Source: a bacterium (GTDB taxonomy: Bacteria; Patescibacteriota; Minisyncoccia; Moranbacterales; UBA1568). From it: DNA of 64,000 nt. How positions within the stretch are numbered: position 1 is the stretch's first letter; each line of letters opens with the position of its first letter. The notes beneath the pieces were generated by a model. That model was not told where the DNA came from. It was given only the letters and a program-made list of their open reading frames with translations, and made no database searches. Positions 9,353-16,991 of this stretch are shown here, piece by piece. Location: NCBI GenBank assembly GCA_021821305.1, contig JAKACP010000001.1, positions 404,349-468,348 of the forward strand, written 5' to 3'. The position numbers were made by a program, and so were the translations under genes.

Positions 9353-11050
9353 ATGCTTACTGCCCGCAACATCTTCAAACGCTATGGCCCCGTGAAAGTC
9401 CTTCTCGGAGTCAGTTTTTCGATCGCGCGCGGGCAGAAGATAGCGCTCGTCGGTCCGAACGGGGTCGGCAAGTCGACACTGCTCCGCATCCTCGCCGGAA
9501 TCGAATCGGAAGACCGGGGCAAGATAGAGCGGGATAACGGGATCCGTATCGCGGCCCTTCCGCAGGAAATCGTTCCGGAATCGGAGGATGAGACGGTCTT
9601 CGAGACGCTCCGCGCCCTCTCGGGCATAGCCGAGCTCGAGGCGAAGATGGCCAAGCTCGAAGCCAAGCTCGATGACGAGAAGTCACTCGCCGCCTACGGC
9701 GAGGCTCGCGACCTGTATGAGCGTATGGGCGGATTTTCGTTTTCCCGAAAAGCCCGGCTCGCGCTCGACGGACTCGGACTGCGCCGGATCCCGCTCGACC
9801 GGCCCCTCTCGAAGATAAGCGGCGGGGAGCGGCGGCGGGTGGCGATCGCCGGCACCCTGCTCCGCGAGGCGGATCTGCTCCTTCTCGACGAACCGACGAA
9901 CGATCTCGATCTTCCGTCCATACTCTGGCTCGAATCCTTTCTCCGTGACAGCGCCGCCGCGGTGATCGTCGCTTCGCACGACCGGGCGTTCCTCGACGCG
10001 GTGGTCGGGAAAGTGCTCGAGATCGATTGGCACTTCCGTACGGGCAGGATGTGGACGGGAAACTACTCGACCTATTTCCGGGAGAAATCGGAGATGCTCC
10101 GCCGTGAACGCGAGGCGCATGAGCGGGCCGAGACGGAACGCGAGCGGCTCCGGGATACCGCGCTCGAAAAGAAGGAATGGGCGCGCATCGGCGGTGAGCA
10201 GGTGATGCCGGACCGGGACAAGATGTCCCAGGGGTATCACCGCGACCGCGCGGAGCGCAAGTTCGGCGCGGCCGCCAAGGCGCTCGAGAACCGCGCGGAC
10301 CAGGTGAAGCGCATCGCGCTCCACGCCGAACGCGACCCGCTCGAGATCTATTTCGAACCGGCCGAGGGAGAAGGCCGATCGATCGTCCTTTCCGCGGTGT
10401 CGGCCGGATACGGGGAAGCGTTCCATGTCGGACCCGTCGATATGGAGATCCCGTACGGTACGCGTGTCGGTATCTTCGGACGTAACGGCGCCGGCAAATC
10501 GACCCTTCTGAAACTGATCACGGGAGAACTCGATCCGATCGGGGGAACGGTCGTGCGCGAAGAGTCGGTCCGGTTCGGGTCATTGTCACAGGCGAACGAC
10601 ACGCTTCCCGCGGACAAGAGCGCGGTGCGATGGATCACCGAATCGACGCCGATCACCGAGGAAGCGGATGCGATCCGGTTCTTGGTCCGGTTCCTGCTCG
10701 ATGCGCCGTCGGTCACGTCACCCATGAGCGAACTCTCGCCGGGGGAGCGGATGCGTATCGCGCTCGCGTTCCTCATGGCTTCCCGGGTGAACGTGCTCGT
10801 GCTCGATGAGCCGACGAACCACCTCGATCTCGAGGCGGTGACCGCGCTCGAAACGGCGCTCGACCTCTACAAGGGCACGTTGCTTCTCGTCTCACACGAC
10901 CGCGCGTTTCTCTCGCGACTCACGTTTTCGCAGGTGTGGTCCGTCGAAGCGGGAGCGGTTTCCCGCGAGGAGGACTACGCATCCTATCTCGAACGGGCGA
11001 TGACGGAGGCGGAAAACGAGAAACGCGCATTCCGTCGGGTGTCTTTCTGA
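9353..11050 (+). CDS. ABC-F family ATPase (tandem ABC domains, no TMD; translation-factor type)
   Basis: Two Walker A motifs (GPNGVGKST and GRNGAGKST), two ABC signatures (LSGGERRRV and LSPGERMRI), and a charged inter-domain linker. 565 aa. Fits EttA/Uup-like ABC-F proteins. Confidence 0.9.
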   Translation: MLTARNIFKRYGPVKVLLGVSFSIARGQKIALVGPNGVGKSTLLRILAGIESEDRGKIERDNGIRIAALPQEIVPESEDETVFETLRALSGIAELEAKMAKLEAKLDDEKSLAAYGEARDLYERMGGFSFSRKARLALDGLGLRRIPLDRPLSKISGGERRRVAIAGTLLREADLLLLDEPTNDLDLPSILWLESFLRDSAAAVIVASHDRAFLDAVVGKVLEIDWHFRTGRMWTGNYSTYFREKSEMLRREREAHERAETERERLRDTALEKKEWARIGGEQVMPDRDKMSQGYHRDRAERKFGAAAKALENRADQVKRIALHAERDPLEIYFEPAEGEGRSIVLSAVSAGYGEAFHVGPVDMEIPYGTRVGIFGRNGAGKSTLLKLITGELDPIGGTVVREESVRFGSLSQANDTLPADKSAVRWITESTPITEEADAIRFLVRFLLDAPSVTSPMSELSPGERMRIALAFLMASRVNVLVLDEPTNHLDLEAVTALETALDLYKGTLLLVSHDRAFLSRLTFSQVWSVEAGAVSREEDYASYLERAMTEAENEKRAFRRVSF

Positions 11051-11077
11051 GTCCGTAGGGGATGTGTCCGTCATTAT

Positions 11078-11126
11078 GAAAAAGAAAAAACGGGCGATCA
11101 TTCGATCGTCCGTTCCGCTTTTTTCC
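11078..11126. terminator. Bidirectional rho-independent terminator
   Basis: Hairpin aacgggcgatc-attc-gatcgtccgtt has an A-run on the 5' side and a T-run on the 3' side. It ends the ABC-F gene (+) and the small ORF at 11133-11324 (-). Confidence 0.6.
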
Positions 11127-11132
11127 GGGAGA

Positions 11133-11324
11133 CTACCGGTAGTGAGGCTTACCTCGTATCCCGGTTCGTTGTTGTTCCGGGCAAGACAGCTTACCGTCGG
11201 GAGTATTCGGTCGGGAAGCCGCGAGTTCCGTGATGGTTTGAATCGGAAGCGTCGACTCGACTCCGAGAGGCGTTACCGCGGGTTCATCCGGTTGTTGCTG
11301 CGGGGTACGTTTCTTTTGAAACAT
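11133..11324 (-). CDS. Hypothetical small Gln/Pro-rich protein (63 aa)
   Basis: Excellent SD AAGGAGG lies 9 nt before the ATG on the minus strand (plus-strand cctcctt at 11334-11340, cat at 11322-11324). The bidirectional terminator follows the stop directly. Translation: MFQKKRTPQQQPDEPAVTPLGVESTLPIQTITELAASRPNTPDGKLSCPEQQRTGIRGKPHYR. No homology recognised. Confidence 0.35.
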   Translation of the reverse strand: MFQKKRTPQQQPDEPAVTPLGVESTLPIQTITELAASRPNTPDGKLSCPEQQRTGIRGKPHYR

Positions 11325-11434
11325 GGTGTGGTGCCTCCTTGTATAAAGAACAAAAAAAGTTCTCACTCCCCATGGCGAGAACCACGGAAGTATGGCATGA
11401 ATGTTCCTCGGAGTCAAGGTTCGGCATCCTGCCT

Positions 11435-11463
11435 TGATTTTCCGCGGCTTTTCCGGTTATACT
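11435..11463 (+). promoter_or_regulatory. Sigma70-type promoter of secD (near-leaderless)
   Basis: TTGATT (11435-40), 17-nt spacer, TATACT (11458-63). The ATG at 11471 sits about at the predicted transcription start. Confidence 0.5.
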
Positions 11464-11470
11464 GCCTCGT

Positions 11471-13174
11471 ATGAGACTTCAGGAAAAAATCCGCTGGCAG
11501 TTCGCGTGGGTGCTCGCCCTCGCGCTTTTTTCCGGCGCGATCGCCTATCCGCACGTCTTTTCCTTCATCCCGAAATTTCCCGCCGCGGAAACGATCGAGG
11601 AATCGCTCAAGATCAACCTCGGCCTCGATCTTCAGGGAGGCATACACCTCGAATACGCCGCCGATCTCTCGCAGGTTCCGGAGGGCAAGAAGGGGGAGGC
11701 GCTCGAGGCGGCACTCGCGGTCATCGAGCGGCGCGTGAACGCGTTCGGTGTCGGCGAATCCGTCGTACAGTCGGCAAAATCCGGTACCGAGGACCGCATC
11801 ATCGTCGAGCTTCCCGGCGTCAAGGATGTCGAGGAGGCGAAGTCGATGCTCAAGGAGACGCCGTTCCTCGAATTTCGCGAATCCCAGGACGAGGAATTGC
11901 AACGGGAATTCGACGTCGAGAATGAGGCTTCGAAACGAAAAGCCGCGGAGATCCTCGAGCGGACCAAGAAAGGCGAGGATTTCGCCGCGCTCGCGAAGGA
12001 GTTCAGCCAGGATCCGGGATCCAAGGACCAGGGCGGCGACCTCGATTTCGTGACTAAGGGAACGTTCGTCAACGAATTCGATGAAGTCATTTTCAAGGAT
12101 GATTTCCAGGCAGGAACGGTCCATCCGGATCTCGTCGAGTCGGCGTTCGGCTGGCATATCATAAAGAAACTCGAGGAGCGGGGCGAAGGCGAGGAAAAGG
12201 AGGTCCGTGCCGCGCACATCCTCTTCCCCAAGAGCACGCTCGACATGCTTCCGGATTCGGTCCGTTTCGCATCGACCGGACTTTCCGGCAAGAACCTCGA
12301 GGATGCCTTCGTCGATTATCAGGGGCAGGGATTCGGGGCGCCGCAGGTAGGACTCCAGTTCGACGCGGAGGGAGCCAAGCTCTTCGCGGAACTTACCAGG
12401 CGCAATCTCGGCAAGCCGATCGCCATATTCCTCGATGACGAGGTGATCAGCGCTCCGACCGTGCAGAGCGAGATCACCGACGGTCGGGCCGTCATCACCG
12501 GTAGTTTCACGCTCGAGGAAGTCAAACACCTCGTCGGGCGACTCAACGAGGGTGCGCTCCCGGTGCCGATCACGCTCGTGGGCCAGCAGTCGATCGACGC
12601 CTCGCTCGGCGAGGACGCCCTCCGGACGAGTCTCTTCGCCGGAGCGATCGGCCTCATCGCCGTGTCCATATATATGATCCTCTACTACCGTTTCCTCGGA
12701 TTCGGCGCGGTGTTCGCGCTCCTCATCTATTCCGCGATGCTGCTCGCGATCTTCCGGCTTTCCGGATTCTCGCCGTTCCCGATCACGCTCACGCTCTCGG
12801 GTATCGCCGGATTCATCCTCTCGATCGGTATCGCGGTCGACGCGAACGTGCTCATCTTCGAGCGCACCCGCGAAGAGCTCGCGTACGGGAAATCGGCGCG
12901 CAAATCGATCCAGGAAGGATTCCGGCGCGCATGGCCGAGCATCCGCGACGGACACGTCTCGACGCTCATCACGACCTTCATCCTCATCCTCATGGGGACG
13001 GGATTCGTCAAGGGATTCGCGGTGATCCTCTCGCTCGGCGTGCTCCTCTCGCTCTTCACGGCGGTCGTCCTGGTCCGGGTGTGGCTGCGGTTCGTCGTCG
13101 GGGACTGGGCGGAAAAGCGTCCGTGGCTCCTCGTGGCGCCGAAGAAGCTCCTGGAAGACGAGACAACGAAATAA
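11471..13174 (+). CDS. secD: Protein translocase subunit SecD with an inserted parvulin-type PPIase domain
   Basis: N-terminal SecD periplasmic region (LGLDLQGGIHLEY). The C-terminal 6-TM SecD core (LGVLLSLFTAVVLVRVW etc.) is complete. Between them lies ...AAEILERTKKGEDFAALAKEFSQDPGSKDQGGDLDFVTKGTFVNEFDEVIFKDDFQAGTVHPDLVESAFGWHIIKKL..., a clear PpiC/parvulin rotamase signature. A second HIL-type start (VRAAHILF) follows. Confidence 0.85.
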   Translation: MRLQEKIRWQFAWVLALALFSGAIAYPHVFSFIPKFPAAETIEESLKINLGLDLQGGIHLEYAADLSQVPEGKKGEALEAALAVIERRVNAFGVGESVVQSAKSGTEDRIIVELPGVKDVEEAKSMLKETPFLEFRESQDEELQREFDVENEASKRKAAEILERTKKGEDFAALAKEFSQDPGSKDQGGDLDFVTKGTFVNEFDEVIFKDDFQAGTVHPDLVESAFGWHIIKKLEERGEGEEKEVRAAHILFPKSTLDMLPDSVRFASTGLSGKNLEDAFVDYQGQGFGAPQVGLQFDAEGAKLFAELTRRNLGKPIAIFLDDEVISAPTVQSEITDGRAVITGSFTLEEVKHLVGRLNEGALPVPITLVGQQSIDASLGEDALRTSLFAGAIGLIAVSIYMILYYRFLGFGAVFALLIYSAMLLAIFRLSGFSPFPITLTLSGIAGFILSIGIAVDANVLIFERTREELAYGKSARKSIQEGFRRAWPSIRDGHVSTLITTFILILMGTGFVKGFAVILSLGVLLSLFTAVVLVRVWLRFVVGDWAEKRPWLLVAPKKLLEDETTK

Positions 13175-13177
13175 CCT

Positions 13178-14077
13178 ATGCTAGAGATCATCCAGAAAAG
13201 AAAATTCGCCTATCTGTTCTCCGGGATACTCCTCGGTTTGTCGGTGCTCGCCATCTCCGCCTGGGGGCTCCGTCTGGGATTGGATTTCAAGGGCGGCACG
13301 CTCCTCGAGGTCCGTTTTTCCGTCGATCCGGCGCCGCAGACGCAGGAAATCCAGGCCGCTCTCGAACCGCTCGGACTGCAGAGTCTTTCCGTGCAGGCGA
13401 CGGAGGGGAACGGCGCGCTCATACGTTACCTCGCCTCCGATGAGGCGACGAACGACCGTGCGATGGAGGAGCTGGAGAAGATGGACAGCGAGTTGGAACT
13501 CCTGCGGACGGACTTCATCGGGGCATCGGTGTCCGAACAGATGAAGACGAGCGCGTTTTGGGGGATACTGTTTTCCATACTCGGTATCGCGGCGTACATC
13601 GCGCTCGCGTTCCGCCGGGTGTCGCGGCCGATCTCGTCGTGGGAATACGGCTGGGGGGCGGTCATCGCGCTCGCGCACGATATCGTCGTCACCGTCGGCG
13701 CGTTCGCGGTCTTCGGGAGATTCATGGGCGTCGAGGTCGGCATCCCGTTCGTGGCCGCGCTCCTCACCATTCTCGGCTATTCCGTCAACGACAGCATCGT
13801 CGTCTACGACCGCATCCGCGAGAACCTGCTCCGTTCCAAGACCAAGTCCGATTTCGAGGGACTCGTGAACCGCTCGGTGAACGAGACGATGTCGCGTTCG
13901 ATCAACACCTCGATGACCGTCATGATCGTGCTCGCGTCGATCGCGCTCTTCGGCGGGGAGAGTATACGGTGGTTCGCGATTGCGCTCCTCATCGGTGTCG
14001 GCTTCGGAACCTACTCCTCGGTCTTCGTCGCCTCCGCGCTCCTCGTGACGCGGTATAAGATGAAGACGGGGAAATAG
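13178..14077 (+). CDS. secF: Protein translocase subunit SecF
   Basis: Follows 3 nt after secD. LDFKGGTLLEVRF plus a 6-TM core carrying the conserved YSVNDSIVVYDRIRE motif. Confidence 0.9.
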   Translation: MLEIIQKRKFAYLFSGILLGLSVLAISAWGLRLGLDFKGGTLLEVRFSVDPAPQTQEIQAALEPLGLQSLSVQATEGNGALIRYLASDEATNDRAMEELEKMDSELELLRTDFIGASVSEQMKTSAFWGILFSILGIAAYIALAFRRVSRPISSWEYGWGAVIALAHDIVVTVGAFAVFGRFMGVEVGIPFVAALLTILGYSVNDSIVVYDRIRENLLRSKTKSDFEGLVNRSVNETMSRSINTSMTVMIVLASIALFGGESIRWFAIALLIGVGFGTYSSVFVASALLVTRYKMKTGK

Positions 14078-14167
14078 ATGTATGATGCAGGAGGGGTGAC
14101 GAATGGCAGCCGCCTTCCGGGTCATATCCTCTCATCCCGCATCCCTTATCACTTATCGTGAATCACT

Positions 14168-14479
14168 ATGAAATGGAATCCGTTTTCGAAACAATCGTCC
14201 GGCGCGCAGGAGGATGAGCCGACCCTCGAGGAGAAGATGGCGGCGATGCCGGGAGCGCCCAAGCTCGAGGATATGGGCATGATGGAACGCTTCGCGATGA
14301 AGCGGTTCATGAAGATGAGCCCGGAAGACCAGAAGAAGATGATCGAAAAATCCATGACGCCGAAGAATATCGAGAAGCACAAGGACGAAATTGTCGCGTC
14401 GCTCGAAGAGATGAAGAAGAACCGCATGATCTCCGACGACCAATACCGCCTCATGAAGCGGAAGTTCGGTATCAAATAG
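14168..14479 (+). CDS. Hypothetical small charged helical protein (103 aa, Met/Lys-rich)
   Basis: Clean ORF with no motif recognised. Translation: MKWNPFSKQSSGAQEDEPTLEEKMAAM...RLMKRKFGIK. Confidence 0.4.
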   Translation: MKWNPFSKQSSGAQEDEPTLEEKMAAMPGAPKLEDMGMMERFAMKRFMKMSPEDQKKMIEKSMTPKNIEKHKDEIVASLEEMKKNRMISDDQYRLMKRKFGIK

Positions 14480-14487
14480 TCAATCGT

Positions 14488-15681
14488 ATGGACACGGAAA
14501 AAAAAATCGACGAGATCCTCACCCGCGGTGTAGTGGAGGTCATCGATCGGGAGCATCTGAAGAAGCGCCTGCTCGCCGGCGAGAAGCTCCGGGTCAAGTT
14601 CGGCATCGACCCGACGAGTCCGAATATCCATCTCGGGCGCGCGGTGTCGCTCCTCAAGCTCCGTGATTTCCAGGAGCTCGGATGCGAGGTCGTCTTCATC
14701 GTGGGGGACTTTACCGGGACGATCGGGGACACGAGCGACAAGGAGAGCGAGCGCCCCATGCTCGACGAGGAGACGGTACGGAGGAACATGGAAACCTATA
14801 CGATACAGGCGGCCAAGATCCTCGATTTCGCCGAGGTCGAGGTGCAGTTCAATTCCACGTGGCTCGCCGGCCTCGATTACAAGGAAATCCTCGGGCAGGC
14901 GGAGGCGTTCTCGCTTCATGACTTCATTTCACGGGACAATATCAAAAAGCGGCTCGAATCGGGCAAGCGCGTCTCGCTTCGCGAGCTTCTCTATCCGCTC
15001 ATGCAGGGGCACGATAGCGTCGTCGTGAAATCCGACGTCGAGATCGGCGGAAGCGACCAATGGTTCAATCTGCTCGCGGGGCGGAAGCTCCAGGAGCGCG
15101 CCGGACAGGCGCCGCAGGATATCCTGACGACCGATCTCATCCTCGGGACCGACGGTCGCAAGATGAGCTCGAGTTGGGGAAACACGATCAACCTCCTCGA
15201 CGAGCCGAACGACATGTTCGGCAAGGTCATGAGCATTCCCGACGGACTCATCGAAAGCTATTTCGTCCACTGCACGCGCGTGCCGATGGAGGAGGTGGCG
15301 GAAATCATGAAAGCGGACAATCCGCGCGATGCCAAGGTCCGGCTCGCCCGCGAGATCGTCGCGCTCTATCATGGGGACGACGAGGCCGCGAAGGCGGAGG
15401 AATATTTCGTGAACACGTTCTCCAAAGGCGAGATTCCGGAGAATATTCCGGAACACGCGCCTCAATATGAACCTGCCCTTGAAGGATACGAGAATCTGGA
15501 GTCGTTTATCGCGCGTATCGGTCTTGCGACGAGTAAATCCGACGCGAGACGGAAGATCGAGCAGGGCGGGGTATACATTGACGGGGAAAGGACTGTCGGA
15601 TCACGTATGTTTGATAAGGATTTGGATAACGGCAAAGTCCTTAAAGTCGGCAAGAAGGATTTCGTGAAGATAGTATTTTAG
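14488..15681 (+). CDS. tyrS: Tyrosyl-tRNA synthetase
   Basis: Class I motifs HLG (PTSPNIHLGRA) and KMSSS (the KMSKS variant). The C-terminal S4 RNA-binding domain (RKIEQGGVYIDGERTV...) distinguishes TyrRS from TrpRS. Confidence 0.85.
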   Translation: MDTEKKIDEILTRGVVEVIDREHLKKRLLAGEKLRVKFGIDPTSPNIHLGRAVSLLKLRDFQELGCEVVFIVGDFTGTIGDTSDKESERPMLDEETVRRNMETYTIQAAKILDFAEVEVQFNSTWLAGLDYKEILGQAEAFSLHDFISRDNIKKRLESGKRVSLRELLYPLMQGHDSVVVKSDVEIGGSDQWFNLLAGRKLQERAGQAPQDILTTDLILGTDGRKMSSSWGNTINLLDEPNDMFGKVMSIPDGLIESYFVHCTRVPMEEVAEIMKADNPRDAKVRLAREIVALYHGDDEAAKAEEYFVNTFSKGEIPENIPEHAPQYEPALEGYENLESFIARIGLATSKSDARRKIEQGGVYIDGERTVGSRMFDKDLDNGKVLKVGKKDFVKIVF

Positions 15682-15698
15682 AGCCTGTTGAAAAAGGC

Positions 15699-15726
15699 GA
15701 AGACCCCTTCCGGGGTCTTTTTTTTC
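15699..15726 (+). terminator. Rho-independent terminator after tyrS
   Basis: Hairpin gaagacccc-ttcc-ggggtctt followed by tttttttc. Confidence 0.75.
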
Positions 15727-15954
15727 GAAAAAAAGAAAACCCCCAATGCGGAGGCGCGTATAAGTCCCTGAAAGTATAGTGTAGGAAAAAATATATTTCC
15801 CTGGATACCAGGTGGGTCTTATGCCCCGGCCCTTCAAGAAGGACAGGGTTGTTCAGCGCATCGTTCTGGAGGTCTTCGCTACCAGTATAGCATACCCGTT
15901 TTTGACCGGTATTTCCTTTTCTTGTACACTGAAACAGTATTTGCACAGGATCTT

Positions 15955-16989
15955 ATGCACGGGAAGCGGATAGCGGAGATCATGGAGCGGGGGATGCGCG
16001 CGTTTTCCGAAGCGGAGGACGAGTCGGTTCTTCTCGCGCTCGAGACGGAATATACCGGCCGCAAGAGCGCGCTCGGCGAGATCCTGAAAGGACTCAAGGA
16101 TCTTTCGCCCGAGGAGAAAAAGGAAGTGGGGCCGATCGCCAACGAGGCGCGCCTCGCGCTCGGTCGCGCCGCATCCGCCGCGCGGACGCGTATCGAGACA
16201 AGGAAGCTCGCGGAAGACGAACGGTTCGACGTGACGATTCCTGGTAGCGCCGCGCCGCTCGGACATCTTCATCCGATCACCCGGCTCTCGCACGAGATCG
16301 AGGACATCTTCGCCGGGATGGGGTTTTCGATCGCCGACGGACCGGAGGCGGAGACCGAATTCTACAATTTCGACGCGCTCAACGTTCCCGCCGATCACCC
16401 GGCGCGGGATATGCAGGATACGTTCTGGCTCAAGCAAGACGGACTCGACGAGAAGTACGTTCTGCGCACGCATACGTCCTCGGTGCAGGTTCGGTATATG
16501 GAATCGCATGTGCCGCCGTTCCGGATCGTCATCCCGGGGAGGATCTTCCGCAACGAGGCGACGGACGCCTCACACGAGCATACGTTTCATCAGTTCGAGT
16601 GCCTCATGGTGGATGAGGCAGGCTCGGTCACCGTCGCGCATTTCAAGCATACCGCGGAGACGTTTTTCCGCGAGTTCTTCGGGCGCGACGTGGAGGTCAG
16701 GCTCCGGCCGAGTTTCTTCCCGTTCACCGAGCCGTCCTTCGAGTTCGACATCTCCTGCATCCTCTGCGACGCGAAGGGGTGCCCGGTGTGCAAGAAGTCC
16801 GGCTGGCTCGAGATCGGCGGGGCGGGCATGGTGCATCAGAACGTCTTCACGGCGGCCGGCTACGAGGAAGGAAAATACCAGGGGTTCGCGTGGGGGTTCG
16901 GTCTCACCCGGCTCGCGATGATGAAATACAGGATTCCCGATATCCGCCTTTTCATGGGCGGTGACGTGCGATTCATCCGTCAATTCTAG
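15955..16989 (+). CDS. pheS: Phenylalanyl-tRNA synthetase alpha subunit
   Basis: Class II motifs FRNEATDASHEHTFHQFE, FPFTEPSFEFDI and GWLEIGGAGMVHQNV. The start is uncertain: the ORF-track TTG at 15922 overlaps a -10 element (TTGACC 15902, TACACT 15925). The first ATG is 15955, with alternatives at 15982 and 15994. Confidence 0.85.
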   Translation: MHGKRIAEIMERGMRAFSEAEDESVLLALETEYTGRKSALGEILKGLKDLSPEEKKEVGPIANEARLALGRAASAARTRIETRKLAEDERFDVTIPGSAAPLGHLHPITRLSHEIEDIFAGMGFSIADGPEAETEFYNFDALNVPADHPARDMQDTFWLKQDGLDEKYVLRTHTSSVQVRYMESHVPPFRIVIPGRIFRNEATDASHEHTFHQFECLMVDEAGSVTVAHFKHTAETFFREFFGRDVEVRLRPSFFPFTEPSFEFDISCILCDAKGCPVCKKSGWLEIGGAGMVHQNVFTAAGYEEGKYQGFAWGFGLTRLAMMKYRIPDIRLFMGGDVRFIRQF

Positions 16990-16991
16990 AT

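Noticed and set aside
8872-9537. ORFs translated across the repeat copies (8872-9537, 8921-9253, 52238-52480, 57030-57254) giving similar peptides (...DRTLTA...SLDGIPRIFSGKTGAC...)
   Set aside because: The similarity is a by-product of DNA-level conservation. Indels shift the frame between copies (copy 1 versus copies 2 and 3), and the ORFs run through terminators and promoters.
11414-12955. 513-aa ORF on the minus strand across secD; similar long antisense ORFs at 13181-14125, 17607-18764, 19967-21202, 22306-23319, 25143-26741, 50030-52075 and 62394-63917
   Set aside because: Mirror ORFs typical of high-GC DNA: they overlap well-supported + strand genes along their whole length, their products are Arg/Pro/Gly-rich low-complexity, and they lack RBS or promoter context.
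15922-15954. TTG start at 15922 for pheS, and a T-box leader
   Set aside because: The TTG overlaps the -10 (TACACT 15925-30) of a TTGACC-17-TACACT promoter. No T-box consensus (AAUUAGGGUGGNACCGCG) and no terminator or antiterminator pair were found upstream.
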